Origin: Armatimonadota bacterium | GTDB taxonomy: Bacteria; Armatimonadota; HRBIN16 | NCBI GenBank assembly: GCA_963677485.1 | Contig: OY781964.1 | Span: forward strand, 2,784,001 to 2,848,000 | Direction of reading: 5' to 3' | Length of the DNA stretch: 64,000 bases | Part shown: one piece after another, positions 48,518 through 58,397 of the stretch | How the letters are laid out: every line of letters begins with the position of its first letter | How positions within the stretch are numbered: position 1 is the stretch's first letter | Made by a program: the position numbers and the translations under genes | Notes under the pieces: generated by a model | The model's database searches: none | Told to the model about the DNA's origin: nothing | The model's input: the letters and a program-made list of their open reading frames with translations, nothing else

Positions 48518-50169
48518 CTTACCAACCATATTTTGAACACGGTGTATAGAATATTCTGATATTACGCACCACACAAAGCGTTAGGCACAACGATCTGGCG
48601 AATAGCAAGTGCTGCCATGATGATACGCTTGCCAAGTGCAGTGAGGTAGTATTTGTAGCGTTTACCGCATTTTTTAACGAGCCGGAATACTCGGCATCGC
48701 TTGATGAAGTATGATATCTGAGAGCTGGACATCTGCGGTAAGGCTTTTTGAAGCATACGGTTTGTGATCCCGCTGATGCATCCCTCTCCGCGAGCAAGTG
48801 CAATGAGACATTCCAAATCCTTCTTGAGGAAAAGGTTGAATCCTCGATACGAGCGATGATCACGGGTGGTCGAGGTCGCGATTTTGATGATCTGATGTTC
48901 ACCATCGCTGTTGTCATCAAGGGCGGAAAGAAAGTCAAGATATCTGTTGTTTGCAGATAATAACAGTTCCCTCAATGGAGGAAGGCTGTAGATGGTCTTT
49001 TGCATAGGGGCGTATTTAATCTCAGTCGTCCCATCATGATGTTCTACCTCACGGTAGTGTTTAAATTCAGAGACGTCATTCACAGTCGTCTCGATACGCA
49101 AGATTATCCCTTGCTTGTCATACATTTTGATAGAAGCCCATCCCATGTAGTGTTTGATGCGCGTGCCTTGTATGCGGCGATCGAACTTGTAGTCAGTGCC
49201 GATCTCAGCGAGTGTTCGCCCATCAAGTTTCTTACCAAGAAACATCGCGATAGACTCTGGCGTTACCGTATGTATCGCTGTTTTGACTAGATTATCGTAG
49301 ATGGCTTTGAGGTCTTCGGCGCGTTTGAACACGATGTCTGTAGCATATTCCACCTGCATTAGCGACCAATGATATGAATTGTCAGCAAGCCGTATCACGG
49401 GGCAATACATTCTGGCAAATGCATCCAGCGCATGGTGCAGCTTATCAGCAGGAAAAGCGTCTGCCAGCCTCTGAGCACAGCTAAAGTCGTCGATTTTTAC
49501 AAAGGCGTTGTCCAGTGGAGTGAAAACTACTCCCTCGGATTGAAGGCAATGCGCGAGATAATTGTGTCCATTACAATAGAATTGCAGACGGAAGGGCACC
49601 CAGGTCGGAACTCGTAGATAGCACAGTCCAAACTCTGCATCGATGAAATAGAAGTAGTAATGAAGACACTTGGTCTCCTTGATATTCAGCCGGGTTTTGT
49701 GGGTAATCTTGTCGTGCCACGGGGTGTATGCAGGACATTTTTCCAACACTGAGAATATGTGGACGAGACCGGGGTGACACCCTCGACTACTAATGATCTC
49801 TTTGATGCGGTCTTCTTTTCGAAATGAAGAGGCACGGCGTATATACTCAATTTCAATGCTGTTGGTAACGGCAAGGCGTTCCGCATTGGCTTTGATCTCA
49901 TCTCGTAGAGGTTCGGCAAATTCCTTAGGAAAGTCAAATAGCCTGATGTTGCGTTGATGAAGATAGATGCCCATTCCGTCGCTATGACACCAGCCTGGGA
50001 TTGTACCGGTGATAACTATGCGGTCGAAGCATGAATATACCCCAGCTATCTGCTTTGCATAGCGTTCTTGAAGTGATGTCATTCTGGGCAACCTCACGAA
50101 AGGGTGTTTGAATGTATATTACGTGGCGAATGCAATCATTCCTTTTTTGGTTGCGGCTAAGCCGCCTTA
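48518..50169 (-). mobile_element. Putative insertion element of an unclassified type
   Basis: A single lower-GC ORF separates tetR from its operator and efflux operon. TAAG (minus strand) sits at both proposed ends (48518-48521, 50166-50169), with hairpin GCGGC-TTA-GCCGC followed by AACCAAA at the 5' end and no terminal inverted repeats. Confidence 0.6.
48562..50082 (-). CDS. Putative transposase/relaxase with Rep_trans-like motifs and C-terminal wHTH
   Basis: SCFDRIVITGT, HYYFYFID, FYCNGH, QVEYATDIVF and IKMYDK...LRIETT; C-terminal MarR-like wHTH (ISYFIKRCRVFRLVKKCGKRYKYYLT); ATG 50082 with GAGG (ORF track 50097). Confidence 0.65.
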   Translation of the reverse strand: MTSLQERYAKQIAGVYSCFDRIVITGTIPGWCHSDGMGIYLHQRNIRLFDFPKEFAEPLRDEIKANAERLAVTNSIEIEYIRRASSFRKEDRIKEIISSRGCHPGLVHIFSVLEKCPAYTPWHDKITHKTRLNIKETKCLHYYFYFIDAEFGLCYLRVPTWVPFRLQFYCNGHNYLAHCLQSEGVVFTPLDNAFVKIDDFSCAQRLADAFPADKLHHALDAFARMYCPVIRLADNSYHWSLMQVEYATDIVFKRAEDLKAIYDNLVKTAIHTVTPESIAMFLGKKLDGRTLAEIGTDYKFDRRIQGTRIKHYMGWASIKMYDKQGIILRIETTVNDVSEFKHYREVEHHDGTTEIKYAPMQKTIYSLPPLRELLLSANNRYLDFLSALDDNSDGEHQIIKIATSTTRDHRSYRGFNLFLKKDLECLIALARGEGCISGITNRMLQKALPQMSSSQISYFIKRCRVFRLVKKCGKRYKYYLTALGKRIIMAALAIRQIVVPNALCGA

Positions 50170-50276
50170 GGACTAGCAGAAATGAGCTCATGAAATGGTA
50201 TGAGCAAACTGCAGTAGGTAGCTGACAGGCAGAATGAAGTAAAATGGGGTGGGCAGGAATACACATGGAGATTTGC

Positions 50277-50855
50277 ATGAACGCATATGATAAGTCGGAG
50301 ATGACGCATTCGGATCAAACAAGAGAGCGGCTGCTCACATCAGGGCTGAACCTGCTGGCAGTGAAGGGATACCGCGGTGCTGTCACCCGCGAGATCGCTG
50401 CAGGAGCAGGCGTCACTGAAATGACGTTATATCGCCATTTTCGGTCAAAAGACGAACTTTTCGCCGCCGCCATTGATGTTAATGGCAAACGGATGTTGTC
50501 ACTCATTCCAGAACCGAGCGGTGACATCACAGCCGATCTGGTGCTACTCTCTGCGAACTTGGCCAAACAGATTCACGCCGTTTTAATGCAACTTATTCAA
50601 ATCGTACCGGAATTACGGCAACACGATGAGTTAAAAGAACAGGTCAATAAGGCGAAGCACGAGTTCCGGACCAAACTGATAACACTCTTGAGCTATTACA
50701 CCAATGGTAACGCGCCTAGCACCTCGGATACGATGCGGTTCTACATGTTTATTGGACCCATACTGCTGCACTTGCTGGACAGTGATGATTCTGAGTTTGT
50801 GTTTGACTGCGAACAACACGTTAAATTGTTCCTGGAAGGTATCTCCGTCGCCTAG
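50277..50855 (+). CDS. TetR/AcrR family transcriptional regulator
   Basis: TREIAAGAGVTEMTLYRHFRSKDELF HTH; divergent from the efflux operon; ATG 50277 after GGAG. Confidence 0.92.
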   Translation: MNAYDKSEMTHSDQTRERLLTSGLNLLAVKGYRGAVTREIAAGAGVTEMTLYRHFRSKDELFAAAIDVNGKRMLSLIPEPSGDITADLVLLSANLAKQIHAVLMQLIQIVPELRQHDELKEQVNKAKHEFRTKLITLLSYYTNGNAPSTSDTMRFYMFIGPILLHLLDSDDSEFVFDCEQHVKLFLEGISVA

Positions 50856-50975
50856 CCACGCTGCTTCCCTTCTGAAGGAACCTGCTCCCTTCACGGTGAA
50901 ATGGTAAGTTAGCAATACTGCCATATCGCACTACTGTGTAACACATCGGCAGCACCGTATCCAAGGGGGCAATCA

Positions 50976-53006
50976 ATGCTTGAGAGATTCGATTATAACG
51001 GGGTCACCCTTCACGACGGCAACTTCAAACGACAATTCGATGAGGTGCGGGATTTCTACCTGCGCCTGCCCTGCGACGACCTGCTGAGAGGCTACCGAAT
51101 CCGCGCTGGTCGACCAGCCCCCGGGGTGGATCTGGGCGGATGCTACCTCAGCCACAACACCTTTGGGCAGGTGATGTCGGGATTGGCCCGCATGTATGCC
51201 GCGACCGGTGACGCCGCCTGTAAGGCGAAGGCTCTCTCGCTGATGCACGGCTGGGCGGAATGCATCGAGCCCGACGGCTATTTCATGATTGAGCGGAAGT
51301 CACCGCTGATCCCCTACCAGTTTGACAAGATGCTGGTGGGCCTGCTGGATGTTTTCATCTACTGCAAAGACAAAGATGCTCTGAAACACATGCACACCAT
51401 CACTAACTGGGCCATCAAAAACATGAGCCGCGAAAAGCCGTTTGCCAGACCCACCGGTCCAGAAGTCGGTGAATGGTATACCCTCAGCGAGAACCTCTAC
51501 AGGGCCTACCTCGCCACCGGAGATGCCAAGTTCCGCGACTTTGGGAAAGAGTGGGAATATAAGGAGTTCTGGGACATGTTCACCAGCAATTCCGACATTT
51601 TCCAGCACCCCATGAACGGCGGATGGTACCACGCCTATAGCCACGTGAACTCCTTCAACAGCCTGGCTGCGGCCTACGCGGTGAACAAGAACCCCGTCAC
51701 CCTGCAGACGCTCAAGAACGCCTTCGAGTTCATGTGGAGCCAGCAGCTTTGGGCCACCGGCGGATACGGTCCGGGTGAGTGCTTGATCCCGCGCAAGGAG
51801 CTTGTGGGTTGGTTGACCAAGGCCAGCAACCACTTTGAAACCCAGTGCGGCTCCTGGGCGGTTTTCAAGATGAGCAAGTACCTCACGGAGTTCACCGGCG
51901 ACGCCAAATATGGCGACTGGACGGAGCTGATGTGCATCAACGCCATTGGGGCCAGCATACCCATGGACGCCGACGGCAGCGTGTTCTATTATTCCGAATA
52001 TGAGCTGAACGGATCGAGCAAAAAGAACGTGGCACCGTGGGCCTGTTGCTCCGGCACCCGGCCGCAAGCGGTGGCTGACTTCCATGACATCATATACTAC
52101 AAAGATAAAAGCGACATCTATGTGAACCTGTTTGTGCCCTCCTCGGTGGAGCTGAACGGGGTTATGTTAACTCAGAACACGCGTTTCCCCGAGACAGCCG
52201 GCACCGAGCTGGTGGTTTCCACCGAGAAACCCATGGCATTTGCGATCAGCATACGCAACCCGGGCTGGCTCTCGAGTCCGATGAAGATCAAGCTCAATGG
52301 CAAGCCGATCGAGGCCAGAGTCGACGCCACGCGCTGGGTGACAGTCCGTAGAACCTGGACCGACGGTGATACCCTCAGCGTAGAACTGCCCATGAGCTTC
52401 AGCCTGAGCTCCATCGACCCTGAAAAGCCGTATCCCGCCGCGGTGATGTATGGCCCGGTGACGATGGCCTCCAGAATGTCAGGCGCTGGTATTCTGCGTT
52501 CATTCGACCTGAAGCACCTGAGCAGCGTTCTGAAGCCCGTCGAAGCGGAGCCCTTGAACTTCCGTGTGGCGGATGACCCCTCGGTGCTTGTGAGGCCTTT
52601 CTACCAGTACAAGGCTGGCGAGAAGTATTTTGTCTACCTCAACATCGATCAAAACGTGCGGAATGTGCCCAACAGTGCGTTGAAATACAGCTCAGGATGG
52701 ACAGATTACAACCAGTGGATGACATCAAATACACCGGGAACCACAGTAGAGTATCGCTTCACAGGCGCCGGGATCCGCCTTTATTACGCCCTGTATGATG
52801 ACGCTGGCCAGTTGGAGGTCAGTTTGGACGGCCAGAAGCTGGGTGTCGTGGATGAGTATGGTCCGTACCGGGGTAAGAACAGCGAGCAGGACTTCAAGGG
52901 CCTCGAGAAGGGGCCGCACACCCTCACCATGACGGTTCTGCCCAGTAAATCGGCCGACTCCAAGGGCACCTTCGTGAACATCGCCGGGCTGACGGTGTTT
53001 GAATAG
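50976..53006 (+). CDS. GH127/GH146-like beta-L-arabinofuranosidase with C-terminal beta-sandwich
   Basis: HAYSH, ETQCGS, WACCSGT (Cys/Glu Zn-site pattern), IYVNLFVPS and YGP. Confidence 0.82.
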   Translation: MLERFDYNGVTLHDGNFKRQFDEVRDFYLRLPCDDLLRGYRIRAGRPAPGVDLGGCYLSHNTFGQVMSGLARMYAATGDAACKAKALSLMHGWAECIEPDGYFMIERKSPLIPYQFDKMLVGLLDVFIYCKDKDALKHMHTITNWAIKNMSREKPFARPTGPEVGEWYTLSENLYRAYLATGDAKFRDFGKEWEYKEFWDMFTSNSDIFQHPMNGGWYHAYSHVNSFNSLAAAYAVNKNPVTLQTLKNAFEFMWSQQLWATGGYGPGECLIPRKELVGWLTKASNHFETQCGSWAVFKMSKYLTEFTGDAKYGDWTELMCINAIGASIPMDADGSVFYYSEYELNGSSKKNVAPWACCSGTRPQAVADFHDIIYYKDKSDIYVNLFVPSSVELNGVMLTQNTRFPETAGTELVVSTEKPMAFAISIRNPGWLSSPMKIKLNGKPIEARVDATRWVTVRRTWTDGDTLSVELPMSFSLSSIDPEKPYPAAVMYGPVTMASRMSGAGILRSFDLKHLSSVLKPVEAEPLNFRVADDPSVLVRPFYQYKAGEKYFVYLNIDQNVRNVPNSALKYSSGWTDYNQWMTSNTPGTTVEYRFTGAGIRLYYALYDDAGQLEVSLDGQKLGVVDEYGPYRGKNSEQDFKGLEKGPHTLTMTVLPSKSADSKGTFVNIAGLTVFE

Positions 53007-53119
53007 GCTGGTTGATAAGTCAGGCTCACGCGAAGACGCGAAGGGAATTAAAACGCGGTCCTCACTCCTGAGGGTAAGGACCGCATGCATACGCAGGTGA
53101 ATCGGCGAAGGTTAACCCA

Positions 53120-53371
53120 GTCTATCACCCAAACGAATAACAAGCATATGGCCTCCGTTTCCGCGACATAAATGTCTCGGCTATTGACCTGCCAAGCCTG
53201 CTGAAGCAGTCTAGGTTCAGCCACAGTATATCAGCCGCACATACAGGGCGAAGCCCTACAGCCTGCTTCAGCAGGCTTGGCAGGTCAATAGCCATGTGCT
53301 TTAGCGCGTGGCATGGCGGAATGCGATGGTTTACAACGCACGACCCAAATCTGTATTTGTGGGTAATAGAC
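53120..53371. mobile_element. MITE/REPIN-like element (family C)
   Basis: Ends GTCTATCACCCAAACGAATA / TATTTGTGGGTAATAGAC; long internal inverted repeat GGCTATTGACCTGCCAAGCCTGCTGAAGCAG ... CTGCTTCAGCAGGCTTGGCAGGTCAATAGCC; contains the same 29-mer as 15875-15903. Confidence 0.75.
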
Positions 53372-53377
53372 CAGGTG

Positions 53378-55984
53378 CTACCCTTTGGCGAAGCGCACCG
53401 TCAGGCTTTCGCCCGCCTTGAACTGCACACCACCGGGGAAGCTGAGCACGCCCTGCATGTACTGGAAGGGCACGCTGGTTCCTGCCACACTCACGCTTTG
53501 GGGATGTGATCCCGCCTTGTTTTGAAGCTTCAGGCTGTTGAGTTTCATCTCTCCGCCCAGCAGTTTGATGCTGGCGGTCTTGCTGGTGAACTCCACCTGG
53601 CCCCAGCCGCTGTCCAGCGACCACATGCAGCGGAACTTCCCGTCTTCCCACCAGACCGGTGCAAACCCGAGATGCCCGTTGACCATATCGAACTCCATCC
53701 CGCTGAGGGTGGGCAGCAGTGCGAAGCTGGCCATACTGCGGGCATAGTTGTTGCCGCACTCGAACTCATTCCATGGGTTGCGCTTCTCGCCGTCATAGCG
53801 GTCACGCACAGCTCTGACTACATCCAGGCCTTGTTTGATCAGCCCTTCTTGAATCATGTGGATACCGGCCTGATATTCAAAGCCGTTCATCGCCTCTTCT
53901 GCGTAGGTCAGTGGGAAGTAGGGCTTCGTCTCTTCATCCGGCCAATGGCAAATGACCGTGGCGGCCTCGCCGTTCACGGCGTAGATGCGCCAGCTGTTGT
54001 AGAAGTCGCGCATGGTGCGCTTGTAGTTGTATTTGTAGATCGACTGCAGGGCCTTTTTGGTCAGATCGGTGTCGAAAATACGGCCCAAGCCACACAGATT
54101 GGCGTGCCATTGCGCCACCACTTGGTCGATGTGGCAGCCCTCGGCGATTTGGTGCCTGATCTGCTGCGTTTCAGCATCCCAGTAGGCGTCATGCACGGAG
54201 CCGAACTTAGCGTCGGCGTCGGTGAAGCGGTCCAGGATGCTCTTGTCAGTGAAGTCGACCAACTGGTGGAAATACTCGCCATTGAAGCAGTGCTCTTCGA
54301 TGTATTTCTGACCGCTGGCAAACAGCGAACGGTAGAGCTCCGCACTCTCGGGCTCACCCATCGCTTCAGCCATTTCGGCACCCGCCTTCAGTGCGGCCAG
54401 GTAGAAGCCGGTCAGATAACTGTTCGCACCGAACAGCTCGGTGTCGAGTGTGTGATGCTGCCGTCCCTCGAGCACACCGTCTTTATCGGCGTCCCACTTG
54501 TCTTCGTTTGTCTCGCTCCAGGCCCACTCCAGGCTCAGCTTGACCTTCGGCCACCAGGCGCGCAGCCATTCCGTGTCGCCGCAGATTTTCCAGTCGCGAT
54601 ACACCTTAATGATCCCGCCAAACTGACCGTCAGCACAGGCATGGAAGTCCCATTGAGCGCGGCCGAGGGGCAGCATGATGCGGAAACTCATCATGCCGTC
54701 TTCGCGAAGGTTGTGGGTATACTCCAGCTCGCGCAGGCTGCGCTCCAGTTTGGGGAACAGGAACGGCAGTGCATAGGCGTAGTTCCACACATGTGTGCAA
54801 CTGCCCTCGCAGCAGCCCGTGCGCTGGCAGCAGCCCTCGAAGCCGTAGAAGGAGCCGTCTGTCAGCCGAATGCAGGTCGCGGATTTGAGCAAAGAGACAT
54901 TAGCTGAGACCGCATCCAGCACCTCCTCAGGCAGCGTGCTGCTGAAGAGTGCCTCGTGATACGCCTCGGTATCGGTGCGCAGCCGATCCCACTCGGACAG
55001 GCAGTATTCCGCGGTTTCGGAGCTGTCCTTCCACTGAGTGGCATACCAGTTGGTCCACATATTCATCTGCTGCTCAGACTTGTCCCCGCAGCAGCCCTCA
55101 GCGCAGTCGCACTTTTTCGGGTTCCAGAAGTTCACGTGGTTGGGGAAATTCCAGGCGATCACGAACTTCACCCGGCGTGTCTCGCCCGGCTGGAGCGTCA
55201 AGCAGCCGCTGATGGCGCCGGTGTCGCCGCCTGGTACATCCGCTTCAGCCGCATAGGCGTCATAGTCGCGGGCCACCAGTGCACCTGGCTTGATGAACTG
55301 CCGCCAGAAGAGGGCCACATGCCCGGAGCGGCTCCAGTAGTTCTGCACGCTGCTGATGTGAGCGTCCGAGCCAATGGTGAGGTCGCCATACTCAGGAGCG
55401 TCCGATGCGAATTTGCTGCTGCCCAGCTTGAGCAGGGTCAGACCCTCCGCTGTCTGCGGGGTGTTCAGATTGTTTTTGGGCAGCGGATTGCACACGGAGA
55501 GCGCCACGGTGTAGTCCACCTCGAAGGCGTTGGTGTTCTTGATCTCTACCTCGTAAAAGGCCGCGGGGATGCTGGAGTCGCGGTCATTCAAAGGGATCAG
55601 CGGGTTGAAGGCGTGCAGCGTGACCTTGCCCGGGAAGCTCTTGTCCTTGAACTGCAGAGCCGCGAACGGGTACTCGCCGTCGAACACAGCGTCCTTGAAA
55701 TGCGGGAAGCCCGCCATAGTATCCCGCCCGATGCCGTTGCCGTTACCCGAGGGGTCGGTGTAGGGAGGCAGTTGGTCGCTGTGCATCACGCGCGCGTCCA
55801 GCACACGGCCCTCAGCCTCCGCTTTGATGGCGAAGTGGTTGAAGCCGTTCAGGCTGTTTTTGTTTGGGCGGTTCTGCATTTCCCACTCCACCAGCCGGCC
55901 GTTGCCGCTCAGGCCGATGCATCCTGTGCCGATGCCGCCGATGGGCATGGAGATGGTCTGTGTTTTTCGGTCTCGATACTTCAA
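53378..55984 (-). CDS. GH116 family (non-lysosomal glucosylceramidase-like) glycoside hydrolase
   Basis: MPIGGIGTG, FYGFEG...CEGSCTHVWNY, ADGQFG, HHTLD and RNPWNEFECGNNYARSMAS; TTG 55984 after GGAGG (ORF track 56050). Confidence 0.88.
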   Translation of the reverse strand: MKYRDRKTQTISMPIGGIGTGCIGLSGNGRLVEWEMQNRPNKNSLNGFNHFAIKAEAEGRVLDARVMHSDQLPPYTDPSGNGNGIGRDTMAGFPHFKDAVFDGEYPFAALQFKDKSFPGKVTLHAFNPLIPLNDRDSSIPAAFYEVEIKNTNAFEVDYTVALSVCNPLPKNNLNTPQTAEGLTLLKLGSSKFASDAPEYGDLTIGSDAHISSVQNYWSRSGHVALFWRQFIKPGALVARDYDAYAAEADVPGGDTGAISGCLTLQPGETRRVKFVIAWNFPNHVNFWNPKKCDCAEGCCGDKSEQQMNMWTNWYATQWKDSSETAEYCLSEWDRLRTDTEAYHEALFSSTLPEEVLDAVSANVSLLKSATCIRLTDGSFYGFEGCCQRTGCCEGSCTHVWNYAYALPFLFPKLERSLRELEYTHNLREDGMMSFRIMLPLGRAQWDFHACADGQFGGIIKVYRDWKICGDTEWLRAWWPKVKLSLEWAWSETNEDKWDADKDGVLEGRQHHTLDTELFGANSYLTGFYLAALKAGAEMAEAMGEPESAELYRSLFASGQKYIEEHCFNGEYFHQLVDFTDKSILDRFTDADAKFGSVHDAYWDAETQQIRHQIAEGCHIDQVVAQWHANLCGLGRIFDTDLTKKALQSIYKYNYKRTMRDFYNSWRIYAVNGEAATVICHWPDEETKPYFPLTYAEEAMNGFEYQAGIHMIQEGLIKQGLDVVRAVRDRYDGEKRNPWNEFECGNNYARSMASFALLPTLSGMEFDMVNGHLGFAPVWWEDGKFRCMWSLDSGWGQVEFTSKTASIKLLGGEMKLNSLKLQNKAGSHPQSVSVAGTSVPFQYMQGVLSFPGGVQFKAGESLTVRFAKG

Positions 55985-56320
55985 GGGGTGCCTCCAGGAT
56001 ACGGTATATCGTTCATCATTACTGATTTTGCGGTATGTTGTGGAAAACATACCATTGCTAATAACTAATGATACCCCAGCGACGTGCCTTGCGCCATATT
56101 GGGGCTTCTCGGATGATCACGCGGAGACGCGGAGTGCGCGGAGGGGGGAAGGCTTACCACAGCGTTCTCCAGTTAGTCATTTGACTTCTTCGTGCTCTGT
56201 TACCTGCCAAGAATTACGATAGTGAAGGGAGTGTACTGATACCATATTCTCTATAGCAGTCTGAATTACAGATGCAAAAACGTGTTATGATATGCGTGTA
56301 TACCCTGAATGAGGAGAACT

Positions 56321-58183
56321 ATGCGGTTGTCTACTTACGAGGAACAAACATCGCCATTCATCGGCGCTCTTGAGACCATGTCTGCCAAACAGCTCACCGA
56401 ACTATCCGAGAGTGATGTGTTGATGCATTATATGATAAGAGCACAAATCCATCATCGTGCTTCAGTCAAATATTGCGAGGAGGGGTTCGATGAAGAATCG
56501 AAACAGCAGCTTTGTGAATCCATCGCATTCAAGTTCATGGTCAGCAACGATGATGAAAAACGACGATTTTACCCCAGTGTTGTATTTACGAATGGTCAGA
56601 ATGGGAAAGTCGAATTTCCAAGCTTGTCGAATTTCGACAATAAGGTTTATGATTACTTAAGGGGAAGAATTCATGACACCCAAAATCCGGCGATTATAGC
56701 TCGATTTGCAGATATCATTTGGTGCGCCCGCAGGTCAGATAGTTATACCCAGGCTAAAGTGGCGATCGATGCATACCATGCATTTGTTGACAGATGGCTG
56801 GCAACCCCAGCCAATACACTGAACTACGGAATAGACTTGTGCGATGCACTAATACGTTCCATAAACATAGCCCAACAACTGAAACAAAACGATCTAGTCG
56901 AAACAGGTGTCCATAAAGCGATTGATGTATGTAATCAGCTTGATGCAAACAATTATAACATGCCTATGCAAGATATTCTGGCAGGCCTGTTGACAAAATA
57001 CGATAAAATTAAGCAGTACGTTAGCGAAACAAATCTCCAAGACATGATCAAAAACGCTAATAGTTCCATCAAATTATTGGACGCTCAATATCCGTATTAC
57101 GCTGATATGCAACGATGTTTGATGGTTTCTATACGTAAGATCTACACTATATTGAACAATGCGAGAATGATTGAGGAAATGACAAAGCGTATTGCAGATA
57201 ACTGTGTGTTTGAAGCAAATTGGATTGTGGATAATCTTCATTTGGGACATCGTCAGGCGATTCGCCTAGGGGAAGAAGCTATTATCGAATACCATAAAAT
57301 CGGCGACAAGCACCTGATCTGTGCCGTCCAAGCACATATTTTCGGCTGGCACAAAGCCGCCGAATCAGAGATGTCGGTATTTGATACATCAGTAGAAGTA
57401 CCTAAAGACGAAATCGATAGATGGCTTCATAAATTCAAAGTGGCTCCCATATCGGACGTTGCCATGCTGATATGCAGCGACCGTACCTTGATGCCCTCAG
57501 CCATTAGAGCAAGAATGCAAGCAACGCGATATAAAGAGGAATTTCCTTTGATATTTGCGATTAACCATCAACTAGTTTCTGAAGAAATGAGCTTGAAATT
57601 CATACCAACCACCGAAAGTGGGGATGAACTACTTGAATACTATACCGCTTGGAATATACGGATTAATTACCAGTTTGTAGCTCGTATATTATTGATAAAG
57701 CTATTTGACCACCTAGAACAGTCACATAAAGATTACATTGAACATTTCGTTAAGCACGTAAGTGGATCGCCAATGATTAAGCATTCCAGAGCAACCATAG
57801 TTGTATGGGCGTTCGAAGCACAATCAAGAGGTGACTACACATCGTGCATACATATTCTCGCGCCACAAATTGAAGGATGTCTTCGAGATATTGCGAAACA
57901 TCTGGCAATTCAGATAACAGAAATGAAAAGGCAGGGTGAATGGAGCTACATTACTTTAAATACCATTATTCAACGAATATCTGATACAAAACGAGTCGAT
58001 GACGACCTATTACGCTTCATAAACCTTTTATTATGCAGCCAATACGGTGATAATTTACGAAATGAAGTATGTCATGGGATTGCGAATATCCGCGATATGT
58101 CAAGAGAAAACGCGTTACTTATGATCTATATCGTATTAATGTTATGCTCCATTGATCTAGAATCAACACCACAGGCGAACTAA
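56321..58183 (+). CDS. DUF4209-domain (HEPN-like) protein
   Basis: Low GC; helical N-terminus; C-terminal HILAPQIEGCLR...GDNLRNEVCHG (RxxxxH); ATG 56321 after GAGGAG. Confidence 0.75.
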   Translation: MRLSTYEEQTSPFIGALETMSAKQLTELSESDVLMHYMIRAQIHHRASVKYCEEGFDEESKQQLCESIAFKFMVSNDDEKRRFYPSVVFTNGQNGKVEFPSLSNFDNKVYDYLRGRIHDTQNPAIIARFADIIWCARRSDSYTQAKVAIDAYHAFVDRWLATPANTLNYGIDLCDALIRSINIAQQLKQNDLVETGVHKAIDVCNQLDANNYNMPMQDILAGLLTKYDKIKQYVSETNLQDMIKNANSSIKLLDAQYPYYADMQRCLMVSIRKIYTILNNARMIEEMTKRIADNCVFEANWIVDNLHLGHRQAIRLGEEAIIEYHKIGDKHLICAVQAHIFGWHKAAESEMSVFDTSVEVPKDEIDRWLHKFKVAPISDVAMLICSDRTLMPSAIRARMQATRYKEEFPLIFAINHQLVSEEMSLKFIPTTESGDELLEYYTAWNIRINYQFVARILLIKLFDHLEQSHKDYIEHFVKHVSGSPMIKHSRATIVVWAFEAQSRGDYTSCIHILAPQIEGCLRDIAKHLAIQITEMKRQGEWSYITLNTIIQRISDTKRVDDDLLRFINLLLCSQYGDNLRNEVCHGIANIRDMSRENALLMIYIVLMLCSIDLESTPQAN

Positions 58184-58397
58184 CCCTAGCCATATGGCAG
58201 ATGACTGTAGAGGACATATCCTTATGTTGTTCGTAAACTACCCCTTCGGTGCATCAAAAGACTACCGCAGGTCGCCGAACCTTAGTAATGGACATTCTGC
58301 GGAAAATCGAGATATCCAAATAGGCAGCGGGATCAGTGTTCTATGTCACGAAGTATAGGCCAGCCCGGATAGGGCAAAACCGGGCCCGCCACCGTTA

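Noticed and set aside
48562-50097. Simple MarR regulator of the efflux pump
   Set aside because: The wHTH is only the last ~80 aa of a ~500-aa protein, and the pump already has a TetR and a palindromic operator.
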